Notes: generated from the sequence alone by a model not told the origin. A stretch of 64,000 nt of DNA from an uncultured Verrucomicrobiae bacterium (GCA_937946835.1 CALFAV010000004.1:8787-72786), one strand, 5' to 3'. Positions 27,476 through 37,466 are shown, numbered from the stretch's first letter. A program made the numbers and translations.

Positions 27476-27870
27476 GACCAATCCGACCGGGGCAGTTTGG
27501 CCTCATGTCTCGGTGCCGGCTCGGAACGGGACGGAGCGGTTTGGTGTCTTGGGGTGTAACCGGGGTCAACGTTGCCGAAGGTCTGGGCGGCGGCGGAGTT
27601 TCCAAGCCGGTTTCAGGTCCAGTCTTTTCGGCGGCAACCACTTGTCGCCACGGCCAACCCGGCCGGCAGCGGTGAACAACTTCCCACTGGCCAGCCCGAG
27701 CCGACGGGCTAAGCTACCCGCGTGACTTTGGTCTGCGCCTGGGTTTGCGCCGGGGTGCCGGAAACCCGCCGCGTGGCGGGGAAGATTTTCGGCGACCGGT
27801 CCGCGGGGCGTCACGAAGCGCCTTGATACCCCGCCCCACCGCAGCCGGGTCCATCCCTTCCGTTCCTTCC

Positions 27871-28437
27871 ATGTCAGAGATTTCACCCGTCAACGGGGCG
27901 GTCGTTCACCGCCGCCCCCGGCCGCGCCGCGCGGCGCTGCCGGTCGTTGTTCGCGAGTTAACCCTCGAAGACATCCCGGCCGTGTTCGAGTTGGGACAAA
28001 AGCTGTTTACACCCGAAAAGCTGCCCACCCTGTACCGCGCCTGGGACGAGGACGAACTGGTGCAGCTTTACACCACCGATCGGCAAACCTGCCTGGTGGC
28101 CGAGGCGGGCGGGCGGGTGGTGGGTTTCGCCCTGGGGCAGTTGATGGAAAAGCCCCGCAGTGCCTGGCGGTACGGCTGGCTGGAATGGCTCGGGGTGGAC
28201 CGCGGTCTCAAACGCCGCGGCGTGGCCACGCGCCTGTTGCGCCAGTTGACCAGCCGCTTCATCGAGCGCGAAGCCCGGATCATGCTCGTGGACACCGATG
28301 AGCGGAACCGGGCGGCGCTGGCTTTCTTCCGCAAGCACGGGTTCGGCCAGGAGGTGCGCCACGTGTACCTCTCCCGCAACCTTGATTCCCACCCCGAGGC
28401 CATCGCCCGGCGGGAGACGCTCGAAGAGCCCGAATAA
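27871..28437 (+). CDS. GNAT family N-acetyltransferase
   Basis: 188 aa from ATG 27871 with 'VVGFALGQL...LEWLGVDRGLKRRGVATRLLRQL...NRAALAFFRKHGF' (acetyl-CoA binding Q/RxxGxG/A). Confidence 0.85.
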   Translation: MSEISPVNGAVVHRRPRPRRAALPVVVRELTLEDIPAVFELGQKLFTPEKLPTLYRAWDEDELVQLYTTDRQTCLVAEAGGRVVGFALGQLMEKPRSAWRYGWLEWLGVDRGLKRRGVATRLLRQLTSRFIEREARIMLVDTDERNRAALAFFRKHGFGQEVRHVYLSRNLDSHPEAIARRETLEEPE

Positions 28438-28717
28438 GCCCGGACGGGAGCTTTCCCTCCTTCTTCTGGCAGGTTCGCCCCCCGGCCTCGTCCCCCCGGC
28501 CGCCGGGACCGCGGTCTCCAACCGGCTGGAACCTGGAATTCCCCACGGCCCGGGGGTAGGGCTTTCGCAAAAGCCTGCAGCCGGGCAATCCCTGTGACCG
28601 TCGGGGGAACATTGCCGCGGCCCGGGGACCGCCTTGGGCGGCGAACGCGCCGGGCTTGGGGCGACGGAACGCGGCGGCGATCGGGAAAGTCCGGCCCGGC
28701 GGCGGGCGCGGGCAGGG

Positions 28718-28810
<93 letters not shown>

Positions 28811-28815
28811 GGGAG

Positions 28816-28889
<74 letters not shown>

Positions 28890-29063
28890 AACGCTGCCCG
28901 CAGCCTACCCCCCGGACCTGCCGTGTCAACCGCGGAAGCCGGCCGCCCGGCGGGGTGCGGCCCGGCCCTTGCGGCCGCGCGGGCCGGCCAACCGCCGGGG
29001 CGTTGCCAGCCGGCGGGCATTTGGGTAGCGTGGGGCGTTCGCAGAGACGCGCCCTTGGGCGGC

Positions 29064-29855
29064 ATGGTCGAATACAAGGTCCAGTTTCCGGTCTTCGAAG
29101 GCCCGCTCGACCTCCTGCTTTACCTGGTAAAGAAGGAGGAGGTGGACATTTACCAGGTCAACCTCACCCGGCTGGCCACCCAGTTCATCGAGTACGTCGA
29201 GTTGATGAAGGAGCTGGACCTGGACCTGGCCGGCGAGTTCCTGGTCATGGCCGCCACGCTCATGCTCATCAAGAGCCGGGAGCTGCTGCCCCGGGACCAA
29301 CGGGTCGAGGGCGAGGGCGAAGAGGAGGACCTCGAGGACCCGCGCTGGGAACTGATCCGCCGCCTGGTCGAGTACAAAAAGTACAAGGACGCCGCCGCCG
29401 AGCTGCAGCGCCTGGAACGGCTCCAGGAACTGACCTTCCCGCGCGCCGCCCCCCCGCCGGAGGCCCCCCCGGCCCCGCTCCCTCGGTCGGAGGTGTCCCT
29501 GTTCGATTTGGTGGGCGCGCTCAACGCCGTGCTCAAGCGCTTTCAAGAGCGGGCGCGTCCGGGCGAGATCATCGAGGACCGGTGGACAGTGAGCGAGAAG
29601 CTGGAATGGCTGCGCGCCCGCCTGGCCGGCGGCGAGCGGTTCCGGTTCACCGATCTATTCGATGCCGCCAGCCACCGGACCGAGATCGTGGTCACTTTCC
29701 TGGCCCTGCTGGAACTGATCCGCCTGCGCGTGGCCGCGGCCGTGCAGGACGAGCCGTTCGGCGAAATTTTCATCGAACCGGCCCCGGCCGAAACGGCCGC
29801 GCCGCCGTCCGTCGAGCGGCCCGCGCCGGAGTCGGCCGCCTCCGCCCCGTCATGA
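29064..29855 (+). CDS. scpA: Segregation and condensation protein A (kleisin)
   Basis: 263 aa from ATG 29064 with 'FPVFEGPLDLLLYLVKKEEVDIYQVNLTRLATQFIEYV...LAGEFLVMAATLMLIKSRELLP'. Confidence 0.9.
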   Translation: MVEYKVQFPVFEGPLDLLLYLVKKEEVDIYQVNLTRLATQFIEYVELMKELDLDLAGEFLVMAATLMLIKSRELLPRDQRVEGEGEEEDLEDPRWELIRRLVEYKKYKDAAAELQRLERLQELTFPRAAPPPEAPPAPLPRSEVSLFDLVGALNAVLKRFQERARPGEIIEDRWTVSEKLEWLRARLAGGERFRFTDLFDAASHRTEIVVTFLALLELIRLRVAAAVQDEPFGEIFIEPAPAETAAPPSVERPAPESAASAPS

Positions 29856-30628
29856 CCGAGTTGAAGTCCATCCTCGAGGCCCTCCTGTTTGCCTCGTCCG
29901 CGCCGCTGAGCGCCGAAGACCTCAAGGGCCTGCTGGTGCGGGCCACCGAGCAGAGCGAGGACCCGGCGGTGCGCGCGTTCAAGAAGGTGAAGGTGGCGGA
30001 GATCACCACGGCCCTGGACACGCTTCGGGCCGAACTCGAAAGCGCCGGCCGCAGCTTCCGGCTGACCTGCGTGGCGGAGGCGTGGCAGTTTGTGGCGCGT
30101 CCGGACTTCGCGCCGTGGTTGCGGGTGATGGGCGGCGAACGCGCCCGCCCGGCGCGCCTGTCCCAGCCGGCGCTGGAAACCTTGACCATCATCGCCTACC
30201 GCCAGCCCATCACGCGGGCGGAGATCGAGCAAATCCGCGGCGTGTCGGTGGACGGGGTGATGCAAACCCTGCTCGAGCGCGGGCTGATCGAGGTGGCGGG
30301 CCGGGCGGAGGTCGTGGGGCGCCCGCTCACCTACCGCACCACGCGCGCGTTCCTGGAGTATTTCGGGCTGGCCCGCCTCGAGGATTTGCCCGGCGGGGAC
30401 GAGCTGCGGCGCCTGCCGGTGGAACGCCCGCCGGCCCTGCTCACCGTCGAGCCGGGACTGGCCACGGCACCGCCCGACTTGCTGAATGCGCCGGCCTCCA
30501 CCCCCGCCTCCGCGCCTCCGACCGCGGACCCGGCTTCCGCCCCCGCCGCGAACCCGATTGTCCCCGCGGAGGCCTCCCCCGCCGGCCCGGCGGCGGCGTC
30601 GGACCGGCCGCCCGGGTCTGACTCATGA
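29852..30628 (+). CDS. scpB: Segregation and condensation protein B
   Basis: 258 aa with an ATGA overlap onto scpA. Contains 'ILEALLFASSAPLS', 'LSQPALETLTIIAYRQPITRAEIEQIRGVSVDGVMQTLLERGLI' and a Pro/Ala-rich tail. Confidence 0.88.
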   Translation: MTELKSILEALLFASSAPLSAEDLKGLLVRATEQSEDPAVRAFKKVKVAEITTALDTLRAELESAGRSFRLTCVAEAWQFVARPDFAPWLRVMGGERARPARLSQPALETLTIIAYRQPITRAEIEQIRGVSVDGVMQTLLERGLIEVAGRAEVVGRPLTYRTTRAFLEYFGLARLEDLPGGDELRRLPVERPPALLTVEPGLATAPPDLLNAPASTPASAPPTADPASAPAANPIVPAEASPAGPAAASDRPPGSDS

Positions 30629-31686
30629 GCATCGTCGAACACCGCAAGGCCATTGATCGCATAGACCGGCAACTGGTGCGCCTGCTGAACGAGCGCGCCC
30701 GGTTGGCGCAGGAGATCGGCGCGCTCAAGCGCCGGCAGGGCGAGGAAATCTACGCGCCCCACCGCGAAAGCGCGGTGCTCCGGCGCATCAGCCGCCTCAA
30801 CCGCGGGCCGTTGCCCGACGAGAACCTGCGCGCCATTTATCGGGAGATCATGTCCAGCGCCCTGGCCGTGGAGAAACCCATGACCATCGCCTACCTCGGC
30901 CCGGAGGCCACCTTCACCCACCAGGCCGCCCTGCAGCGCTTCGGCACCAGCCTGCACTACGTGCCCCTCAAGACCATCGCCGACGTGTTCAACGAGGTGG
31001 CCCGGCGGCGGGCGGACTTCGGCGTGGTGCCGGTGGAAAACTCCACCGAGGGCGTGGTCACGCACACGCTGGACATGTTCATGGACAGCGACCTGAAGAT
31101 CGTGGCGCAGATCGTCATGCCCATTTCCCAGTGCCTGATGAGCAAGGCCCCGCGCTCGCGCATCCGCCGCCTGTACATCCACCCCCAGTCCCTGGCCCAG
31201 TGCCGGGAGTGGTTGCGCAAGAACCTGCCGGAGGTGGAATTGATCGAAACCTCCTCCAACGCCCGCTCGGCCGAACTGGCCGCCCGGGAGAAAAACGCCG
31301 CCGCCATTGCCGGTCTGCTGGCGGCGGAGAAATACGGCCTGCCCGTGCTCGAGCACAACGTGCAGGACAATGCCGACAACGCCACGCGCTTCCTGGTCCT
31401 CGGTCGCCAGTGCCCGCCCCCCTCCGGCCGCGACCGCACCAGCCTCATGTTCTGCATCGCGGACCGCCCCGGCGCGCTGCACGGCGCCATTGCCCCGTTC
31501 CGCAAGTACCGCATCAACATGACCAAGATCGAGTCCCGCCCCAGCAAGAAGAAAGCCTGGCAGTACTACTTCTTCGTGGATTGTGACGGCCACGCGGCCG
31601 ACCCGAAAGTGGCCCGGGCGCTCGAGGAACTGGGCCGACACTGCATGTTCGTGAAGGTCCTCGGCTCCTACCCGAACACCGAGTAG
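30625..31686 (+). CDS. pheA: Bifunctional chorismate mutase / prephenate dehydratase (P-protein)
   Basis: 353 aa. CM domain 'IDRIDRQLVRLLNERARLAQEIGALK', PDT domain 'IAYLGPEATFTHQAA...VPVENSTEGVV' and ACT domain 'TSLMFCIADRPGALHGAIAPF...NMTKIESRP'. ATGA overlap with scpB. Confidence 0.92.
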   Translation: MSIVEHRKAIDRIDRQLVRLLNERARLAQEIGALKRRQGEEIYAPHRESAVLRRISRLNRGPLPDENLRAIYREIMSSALAVEKPMTIAYLGPEATFTHQAALQRFGTSLHYVPLKTIADVFNEVARRRADFGVVPVENSTEGVVTHTLDMFMDSDLKIVAQIVMPISQCLMSKAPRSRIRRLYIHPQSLAQCREWLRKNLPEVELIETSSNARSAELAAREKNAAAIAGLLAAEKYGLPVLEHNVQDNADNATRFLVLGRQCPPPSGRDRTSLMFCIADRPGALHGAIAPFRKYRINMTKIESRPSKKKAWQYYFFVDCDGHAADPKVARALEELGRHCMFVKVLGSYPNTE

Positions 31687-31690
31687 CCCC

Positions 31691-32689
31691 ATGCGCCGCT
31701 CCTCCCCGGGCCGGCCCGCGGCCCACCTGGCCCGCGCCCGCCGGGTTTTCGATCTGGAACTGGCCGGCCTGCGCGCGGTGCGCGACCAGTTGGACACGCC
31801 CTTCGAGCAGGTGGTCGAGGCGGTGGTCGAAACGCTGCGCCGGCGCAACAAACTGGTCGTGGTGGGCATCGGCAAGTCCGGCCTCATCGGCCGCAAGATC
31901 GCCGCCACGCTCACCAGCACCGGCTCGACGGCCGTGGTCCTGGATCCGGTGGACGCCCTGCACGGCGACCTGGGGCTGGTGAGCGACGGCGACCTGGTGC
32001 TGGCACTCAGTTACTCGGGGGAGTCGGACGAGTTGCTGAGTCTGCTGCCCGCGCTCAAACGCTTTGCCGTCCGCCTGGTCGCCATCACCGGGCACCCCCG
32101 CTCCACCCTGGCCCGGCACGCCGACTGGGTGCTGAATGTGCGCGTGCCGCGCGAGGCCTGCCCGTTCAACCTGGCCCCCACCACCAGCACCACCGCCATG
32201 CTGGTGCTGGGCGATGCCCTGGCCATGACCGTGCTCGAGGCCCGCGGCTTCAAACCCCAGGACTTCGCCCAACGGCACCCGGCCGGCGCCATCGGCCGCG
32301 CCCTGCTGCTGCGCATCCGCGACATCATGCGCCGGGACGAGCGCAACTCCGTGGCCCCCCAGACCCTGACCGTGCGCGACGCGTTGTTGGTCATGACCCG
32401 CGCCAAGGCCGGCAGTGTGAGCGTGGTGGATGCCCGCGGCCGATTGGTGGGGGTGTTCACCGACGGCGACCTGCGCCGGCGCATGGCCGCCGACGACCAC
32501 GTCCTGAGCCGCCGCCTGGCCGAGGTCATGACCCGCCAGCCGGTGTGCGTGCGGGAAGACGCCCTGGCGGTCGAGGCGTTGAAGTTGTTCAACGAGCGCA
32601 ACGTGGACGACCTGATCGTGATCAACCGCCGCCGCGAGCCGGTCGGCCTGGTGGACGCGCAGGACTTGCCCAAACTCAAGCTGATGTGA
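31691..32689 (+). CDS. kdsD: Arabinose-5-phosphate isomerase (KpsF/GutQ family; SIS plus 2xCBS)
   Basis: 332 aa with 'KLVVVGIGKSGLIGRKIAATLTSTGSTAVVLDPVDALHGDLG' and tandem C-terminal CBS domains. Confidence 0.9.
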   Translation: MRRSSPGRPAAHLARARRVFDLELAGLRAVRDQLDTPFEQVVEAVVETLRRRNKLVVVGIGKSGLIGRKIAATLTSTGSTAVVLDPVDALHGDLGLVSDGDLVLALSYSGESDELLSLLPALKRFAVRLVAITGHPRSTLARHADWVLNVRVPREACPFNLAPTTSTTAMLVLGDALAMTVLEARGFKPQDFAQRHPAGAIGRALLLRIRDIMRRDERNSVAPQTLTVRDALLVMTRAKAGSVSVVDARGRLVGVFTDGDLRRRMAADDHVLSRRLAEVMTRQPVCVREDALAVEALKLFNERNVDDLIVINRRREPVGLVDAQDLPKLKLM

Positions 32690-32705
32690 GAGGCTCCCGC
32701 GCACC

Positions 32706-33476
32706 ATGCAAGCCCGATTGCTCCTGGGAACGTTTCTGGCCCTCGCCCCGCTGGGCGCCGGGGCCGCGCAACCCGTGAAGCCCGACGACGTGCAACAGGC
32801 CCGCCAGTTCACCAAGCAGATCACCCGCACGGTCACGCTCAACTACCTGTTGTACGTGCCCCGGGCGGCCGCCTCCCAGCCGGAGAAGAAATGGCCGTTG
32901 ATCCTGTTCCTGCACGGCGCCGGCGAGCGCGGCAGCGACGTCTGGCTCGTGGCCAAACACGGCCCGCCCAAAATCGTCCGCGAACAGCCGGATTTCCCCT
33001 TCATCGTGGTCTCGCCCCAGTGCCCGGCCGGCCGGACCTGGGACAACGACGAACTCCTGGCCCTGTTGGACGAAATTCTGGCCACCCAGCCGGTGGATCC
33101 GACGCGGGTGTACCTCACCGGGCTGAGCATGGGCGGTTACGGCACCTGGAGTTTGGGTCTGGCGCACCCCGAACGCTTCGCGGCCATCGTGCCGATCTGC
33201 GGCGGGGGGGACCCAATCAAGGCCATGCTCGCGGACCCGAAGAAGGCCGAGGCCTTGCGCTCGCTGGCAGTGTGGGCCTTTCACGGGGCCAGGGATCCGG
33301 TGGTGAAACCGGCCGAGTCCGAGCGCATGGTCGAGGCCCTGCGCCGGGCCGGAGTGCGCGAGGTGGAACTGACCATGTACCCCGAGGCGCAGCATGATTC
33401 CTGGACCGAGACGTACGCGAATCCCAGGCTCTACGAGTGGCTCCTGCGCCATCAACGCCCGCCCGCCGGCCCCTAG
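32706..33476 (+). CDS. Secreted alpha/beta-hydrolase (carboxylesterase/phospholipase-like)
   Basis: 256 aa with a signal peptide. Contains 'PLILFLHGAGERG', the nucleophile elbow 'YLTGLSMGGYGTW' (G-x-S-x-G) and a C-terminal 'HDSW'. Confidence 0.8.
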   Translation: MQARLLLGTFLALAPLGAGAAQPVKPDDVQQARQFTKQITRTVTLNYLLYVPRAAASQPEKKWPLILFLHGAGERGSDVWLVAKHGPPKIVREQPDFPFIVVSPQCPAGRTWDNDELLALLDEILATQPVDPTRVYLTGLSMGGYGTWSLGLAHPERFAAIVPICGGGDPIKAMLADPKKAEALRSLAVWAFHGARDPVVKPAESERMVEALRRAGVREVELTMYPEAQHDSWTETYANPRLYEWLLRHQRPPAGP

Positions 33477-33721
33477 GCGGTTTGCGCCCGGGCCGCAGTG
33501 CCGCAGGCTCCGGGCAAGGACGCAGTTTGGACAAACCGGAGAGGTCGTCCTTCGCCCGGCGCCGAGACAGCGGCGGCTTCAGCCGGAGCGGGTCCAACCA
33601 CGGACGGATCACCCCGGAGATGGCAGGTGGCCTGCCGCGCCGGGGTCTGGGCGGAGGTGAAAAGTCCGTCCGGGCAAAACACCCCGCGCGGCCCGGGCTT
33701 CAGGCCCGACGCCGGGGCTTT

Positions 33722-33748
33722 CCGGGCCGGCGCCCGGGTCAGTTTTTT
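33722..33748 (+). terminator. Intrinsic-terminator-like hairpin plus T6, about 40 nt upstream of the cvpA-like start
   Basis: ccgggc-cggc-gcccgg (6-bp GC stem, 4-nt loop), then gtcag and TTTTTT (33743-33748). Confidence 0.35.
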
Positions 33749-33785
33749 GCGTGCGCTTTCCCAGGTTCGCACCTAAATTCCCGCC

Positions 33786-35168
33786 ATGCTGCTCTGGCTG
33801 ATCATCATCGCGATCTTCTTCATTTTGGGGCTGACCAGCTACTACAAGGGGGCCATTCGGTCACTGGTGTCCCTGGTGGGCGTGATCCTGGCCAGTTTTC
33901 TGGCCCTGCCGCTGGGCCCCTTGCTGGCGCCGCTGGTGCCGAAGGTGGGGCTGACGCATCCGCTGTGGGCGGTGGTGCTCCCGCCGGTGGTGGTGTTCCT
34001 GCTGATCGCGCTGGCGTTTGTGGGGCTGTCATTCCTGGCGCACCACCGGGTGATGCTCCATTTCAAGTACGCCACCGATGACTACACCCGGCTGCGCTTT
34101 GAGCGCCTGAACCAGCGGCTGGGACTGGCCCTGGGACTGGTGGGCGGGGCGATTTATTCGCTGCTGGTGGGGCTGGTCTTTTACATCGTGGGGTACCCGA
34201 TGGTCCAGGTGACCACCGAGGACAGTCCCGCCCTGCAACGGTTTTTCAGCAAGGTGCGCCAGGAAATCGCCGAGTCCGGCCTGGACCGCACGTTGGCGGC
34301 GATGGATCCGATGCCGGAGAACTACTACCTGACCTGCGACATCGTCGGGCTGTTGTACCAGAACTTCGCGCCGCTTCAGCAACGCCTGGCCAACTACCCG
34401 GCGTTCCTCTCCTGGGGCGAACGACCGGAGTTTCAGGAAATCGCCACTGACACCAGCTTGTTGAACCTGTTGCAGACACGCGGGCCGGTGCTCGAGCTGC
34501 TCAACCATCCCAAAATCGTGGCCCTGCTCGGCAACCCGGAGCTGCGGAGCGAACTGGCCAGCCTCTCGCTCAAGGACCTCTACCAGTACCTCAAGACCGG
34601 CAAGTCGGCCAAATACGACGAGGAGAAAATCCTGGGCTGGTGGCAACTGGACCCCCGGGCCAGCTTCACCCTGGCCCGCCGCAAGAACCCCAACATGCCG
34701 CCCCGGCAGATGGCCGAGCTGAAGCAATTGTTCCAGGTCTGGATTCCCCAGCTCCTGCTCATGGCCGCCCCGGACAAAAGCCTGGTGATGCGGGTGGAAT
34801 TGAGTGACCAGGCCCGGCAAATCCTCGAGGCCCGGCGGGCCGCGGAGGAAGCCGCCCGCCAGGCGCAGCAACAGGCCGCCGGGGTGCCTCAACTGCCGCC
34901 CGGTTACGCCGAACGCTACGGCCTGATGCGTCGCGGCCCCGGCGCGTCGGGCACAGAGGAAACTCCCGCGCAGCCGCCCGCCCCGCCCACCCCCGGTTCC
35001 AACTTCTCCGGCAAGGGCACCTGGGAACGGGAAGGCTCCAGCCTGCGGTACAAGCTCACCTTCCGAAATGAGCAGGGTCAGGAGGTCCGGGGCAACGCCG
35101 TGATTGACCAGGAGGAAATGACGCTGGCGGCGGCGGGCTACCACCTGGTGCTGGTGCGGACGTACTGA
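33786..35168 (+). CDS. CvpA-family membrane protein with a long C-terminal soluble extension
   Basis: 460 aa. The N-terminus 'MLLWLIIIAIFFILGLTSYYKGAIRSLVSLVGVILASFLALPL' plus 3-4 TM helices is CvpA-like. The C-terminal ~300 aa is not assigned. Confidence 0.75.
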   Translation: MLLWLIIIAIFFILGLTSYYKGAIRSLVSLVGVILASFLALPLGPLLAPLVPKVGLTHPLWAVVLPPVVVFLLIALAFVGLSFLAHHRVMLHFKYATDDYTRLRFERLNQRLGLALGLVGGAIYSLLVGLVFYIVGYPMVQVTTEDSPALQRFFSKVRQEIAESGLDRTLAAMDPMPENYYLTCDIVGLLYQNFAPLQQRLANYPAFLSWGERPEFQEIATDTSLLNLLQTRGPVLELLNHPKIVALLGNPELRSELASLSLKDLYQYLKTGKSAKYDEEKILGWWQLDPRASFTLARRKNPNMPPRQMAELKQLFQVWIPQLLLMAAPDKSLVMRVELSDQARQILEARRAAEEAARQAQQQAAGVPQLPPGYAERYGLMRRGPGASGTEETPAQPPAPPTPGSNFSGKGTWEREGSSLRYKLTFRNEQGQEVRGNAVIDQEEMTLAAAGYHLVLVRTY

Positions 35169-35234
35169 ACGCGCCGCTCCCGCGCGCAAAACGGACCCAG
35201 CGGCCGCCGTGGTTGGCGGCAACCCACATTCCGG

Positions 35235-35774
35235 TTAACGCGCCCGGGGCCCGGAAGCGTTTACCCCGGTAACCGTCAGCCCGGACACCGCACCCGTCAT
35301 CGCCACGGGCACCAGGCCACCCCGCAGACCTGCCCCCGGAGCAAACAACCCGGGCGGGGCCTGGCCCAAACGGGCGGGAACCGGGCCGCCCACGTGAGCC
35401 TCGGGCGTGCCCGGAAACGGTCCCGACGCGGTGGCGGGCGTCAGGGAAGATTCCATCCACGGTCGGACTGCAGGTTCGCCCGCCAGCGGGTGTGCCAGCC
35501 CCGGGGTGGGGTGAGGACGCCGGCCCGACTGCCACACCCAAATCCCGGCCGCCAGCACCACACACGCCCCCGCCAGCACCGGACGCCAGAAACGGTTGAG
35601 AATGCCTCCGCCCAGGCGTTCCCACCAGGCCGGAGTCGGCTGACCCGCCTCTGCCAGGAGCCGCGCGCGCACCCGCTCGGGAAACGCCTCAAAAAAACCG
35701 GGCGGCGGCACCTCGTGGCGCTTCAACGCCAGCAGGCGTCGCAGCTTCTCCCCCTGTTCGAGGTCGGGTGTCAT
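35235..35774 (-). CDS. Putative anti-sigma factor (single-pass membrane protein)
   Basis: 179 aa starting 1 nt after the stop of the upstream ECF sigma gene. One TM helix 'VLAGACVVLAAGIWVW' and a Pro/Gly-rich periplasmic tail. Confidence 0.6.
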   Translation of the reverse strand: MTPDLEQGEKLRRLLALKRHEVPPPGFFEAFPERVRARLLAEAGQPTPAWWERLGGGILNRFWRPVLAGACVVLAAGIWVWQSGRRPHPTPGLAHPLAGEPAVRPWMESSLTPATASGPFPGTPEAHVGGPVPARLGQAPPGLFAPGAGLRGGLVPVAMTGAVSGLTVTGVNASGPRAR

Positions 35775-35775
35775 G

Positions 35776-36402
35776 TTACCGGAGCCAATCGGCCAGGTGG
35801 GCCTGCAACTGTTGTCGCGCGTAGTGGAGTCGGGACCGCACGGTGCCCACGCGGCACTTCATGATCTTGGCGATTTGCTCGTGCCGCAGACCCTCGACGT
35901 CATGCAAGACCACCACCATTCTGTGAGGCTCAGACAACTTCTGCAGCGCCACGTTCAAACGTTCCTGCAACTCCCGCAGCACGGCCTCCCGCCGGGGGGT
36001 CTTGTCCGAGATCAACGCCACCAGGTCCGGATCGTTCTCCGCCTGGTGGTCCAGGTCGTCCAGGCTCAGTTGGCCGCGGTGACGCCGCTGCTTGAGAAAA
36101 TTCAGCGTCAGATTGACCGCAATGCGGTACAGCCAGGTGAAGAAACTGGAATCCCGTTTGAAGCCCGGCAGCGCGCGGTAGGCCCGGATAAACGCTTCCT
36201 GCGCCAGGTCGGCGGCGTTTTCGTGGTGCGCGGTCATGTGATAGATCAGGCCGTAAATGCGTTCCTGGTACCGCCGCACCAGCGCGTCAAAGGCCGCGAG
36301 GTCACCGGCCTGCGCCCGCTCGACCAGCGCGAGGTCTTCCTCCGGGTCGGCCGGGGGCGCGTCCGTCCGTACGGCCGGCGGCGCGTGGGCGGTCGGGGGC
36401 AT
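35776..36402 (-). CDS. ECF-type RNA polymerase sigma-70 factor
   Basis: 208 aa from ATG 36402. Region 2 'LVERAQAGDLAAFDALVRRYQERIYGLIY...DLAQEAFIRAYRAL..F...SSFFTWLYRIAVN' and region 4 'VVVLHDVEGLRHEQIAKIMKCRVGTVRSRLHYARQQL'. Confidence 0.9.
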   Translation of the reverse strand: MPPTAHAPPAVRTDAPPADPEEDLALVERAQAGDLAAFDALVRRYQERIYGLIYHMTAHHENAADLAQEAFIRAYRALPGFKRDSSFFTWLYRIAVNLTLNFLKQRRHRGQLSLDDLDHQAENDPDLVALISDKTPRREAVLRELQERLNVALQKLSEPHRMVVVLHDVEGLRHEQIAKIMKCRVGTVRSRLHYARQQLQAHLADWLR

Positions 36403-36407
36403 GCGGA

Positions 36408-37466
36408 TCAGGAATCGAGACCGTGGCCCAGGGCTTCGGCCTGGCGGGCCAGGAACCCGGCCGCCGCCTCCAGGGAATGCCGACCGGCATTGGCGGGCAG
36501 GGCCTGCAGGGACTGGGCCGCCTGTTGGCAAAAATCCCGGATGACCCGCCGGCATTCGGTCAACGCCCGCGCCGTTTGCAACAGTTCCCGCAGTCGGGGC
36601 AGATGTCCGGGGTGCCAGGCCGAAACAAGGCGCTCCAGTTCGGCGCGTTGCGTCCCGGGCAACCGCTCCCCGGCCACGAGCACCGGCAGGGTGAGCTTCC
36701 CGTTCAACAGATCGGTCCCCAGGGACTTGCCGGCCTGGGATTCGGCGCCGAACAGGTCCACGCAATCGTCGTAAATCTGGTAGGCGGTGCCCAGTTCCAT
36801 GCCGTAGGTGCGGCAGGCGGATTGGACGGGCTGCGCCGCCCCGGCCAGGCGCGCACCCAGTTCGCACGAGAGGGCAAACAACTCCCCGGTTTTCATTCGC
36901 AAAATCCGGTAGTACGCCTCCCGTCCCTGGTTCAGGTCCCCCGGGCGCTCGCTCTGAATGGTTTCCCCGGTGCACACGGTTTTGGTGGCCGCCGCCACGG
37001 CACGACACACGTCCGGGGTGGGGAAACCGGCGGCCAGCACCAACGCGTGGGCAAAGAGACAATCCCCCACCAGCACCGACGTGGCCGGGCCGCATTGGGC
37101 GGCCAGGGTGGGGCGGCGCCGGCGCAGGGCCGCTGCGTCCATGACATCGTCGTGGACCAGCGTGGCCAGGTGCACCATCTCAATGATGGCGGCCACGGTG
37201 ACGTGCTCGTCCGTGATCCGGCCGGCCGCCTCGGCGCTCAATCCCACCAGGGCGGGCCGCAGTTGCTTGCCTTGCGTGCTCAGGGCGTACCGGGCGTGGT
37301 CCCGGAGCTCCGGCTCGAACGCCTCGATCTGGCCGGCCAACCGCTGCGCAACCGCCCGCAGGAACGGCTGTACCGGCGCCACAATCTGCCGCCAGGACGG
37401 TGAAGGCTCCGGGAGGGGCGCGGCCGGGGTCCGGGGTGCCGCCGCGGTCGTGTGAGTCGCCAGCAT
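36408..37466 (-). CDS. Polyprenyl diphosphate synthase (trans-IPPS, long-chain type)
   Basis: 352 aa from ATG 37466. FARM motif 'LVHDDVMDAAALRRRRPT' and SARM motif 'AYQIYDDCVDLFG'. Chain-length specificity cannot be determined from sequence by eye. Confidence 0.9.
   Translation of the reverse strand: MLATHTTAAAPRTPAAPLPEPSPSWRQIVAPVQPFLRAVAQRLAGQIEAFEPELRDHARYALSTQGKQLRPALVGLSAEAAGRITDEHVTVAAIIEMVHLATLVHDDVMDAAALRRRRPTLAAQCGPATSVLVGDCLFAHALVLAAGFPTPDVCRAVAAATKTVCTGETIQSERPGDLNQGREAYYRILRMKTGELFALSCELGARLAGAAQPVQSACRTYGMELGTAYQIYDDCVDLFGAESQAGKSLGTDLLNGKLTLPVLVAGERLPGTQRAELERLVSAWHPGHLPRLRELLQTARALTECRRVIRDFCQQAAQSLQALPANAGRHSLEAAAGFLARQAEALGHGLDS

Noticed and set aside
33653-33676. 'GGAGGTGAAAAGTCCGTCCGGGC' resembles the universally conserved 'GAGGAAAGUCCGGGC' (P4 region) of bacterial RNase P RNA.
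   Set aside because: In RNase P RNA this motif lies near the 5' end and about 300 nt of RNA follow it. Here only ~90 nt remain before the terminator-like hairpin and the next gene, and the match contains insertions. An Rfam scan would settle it.
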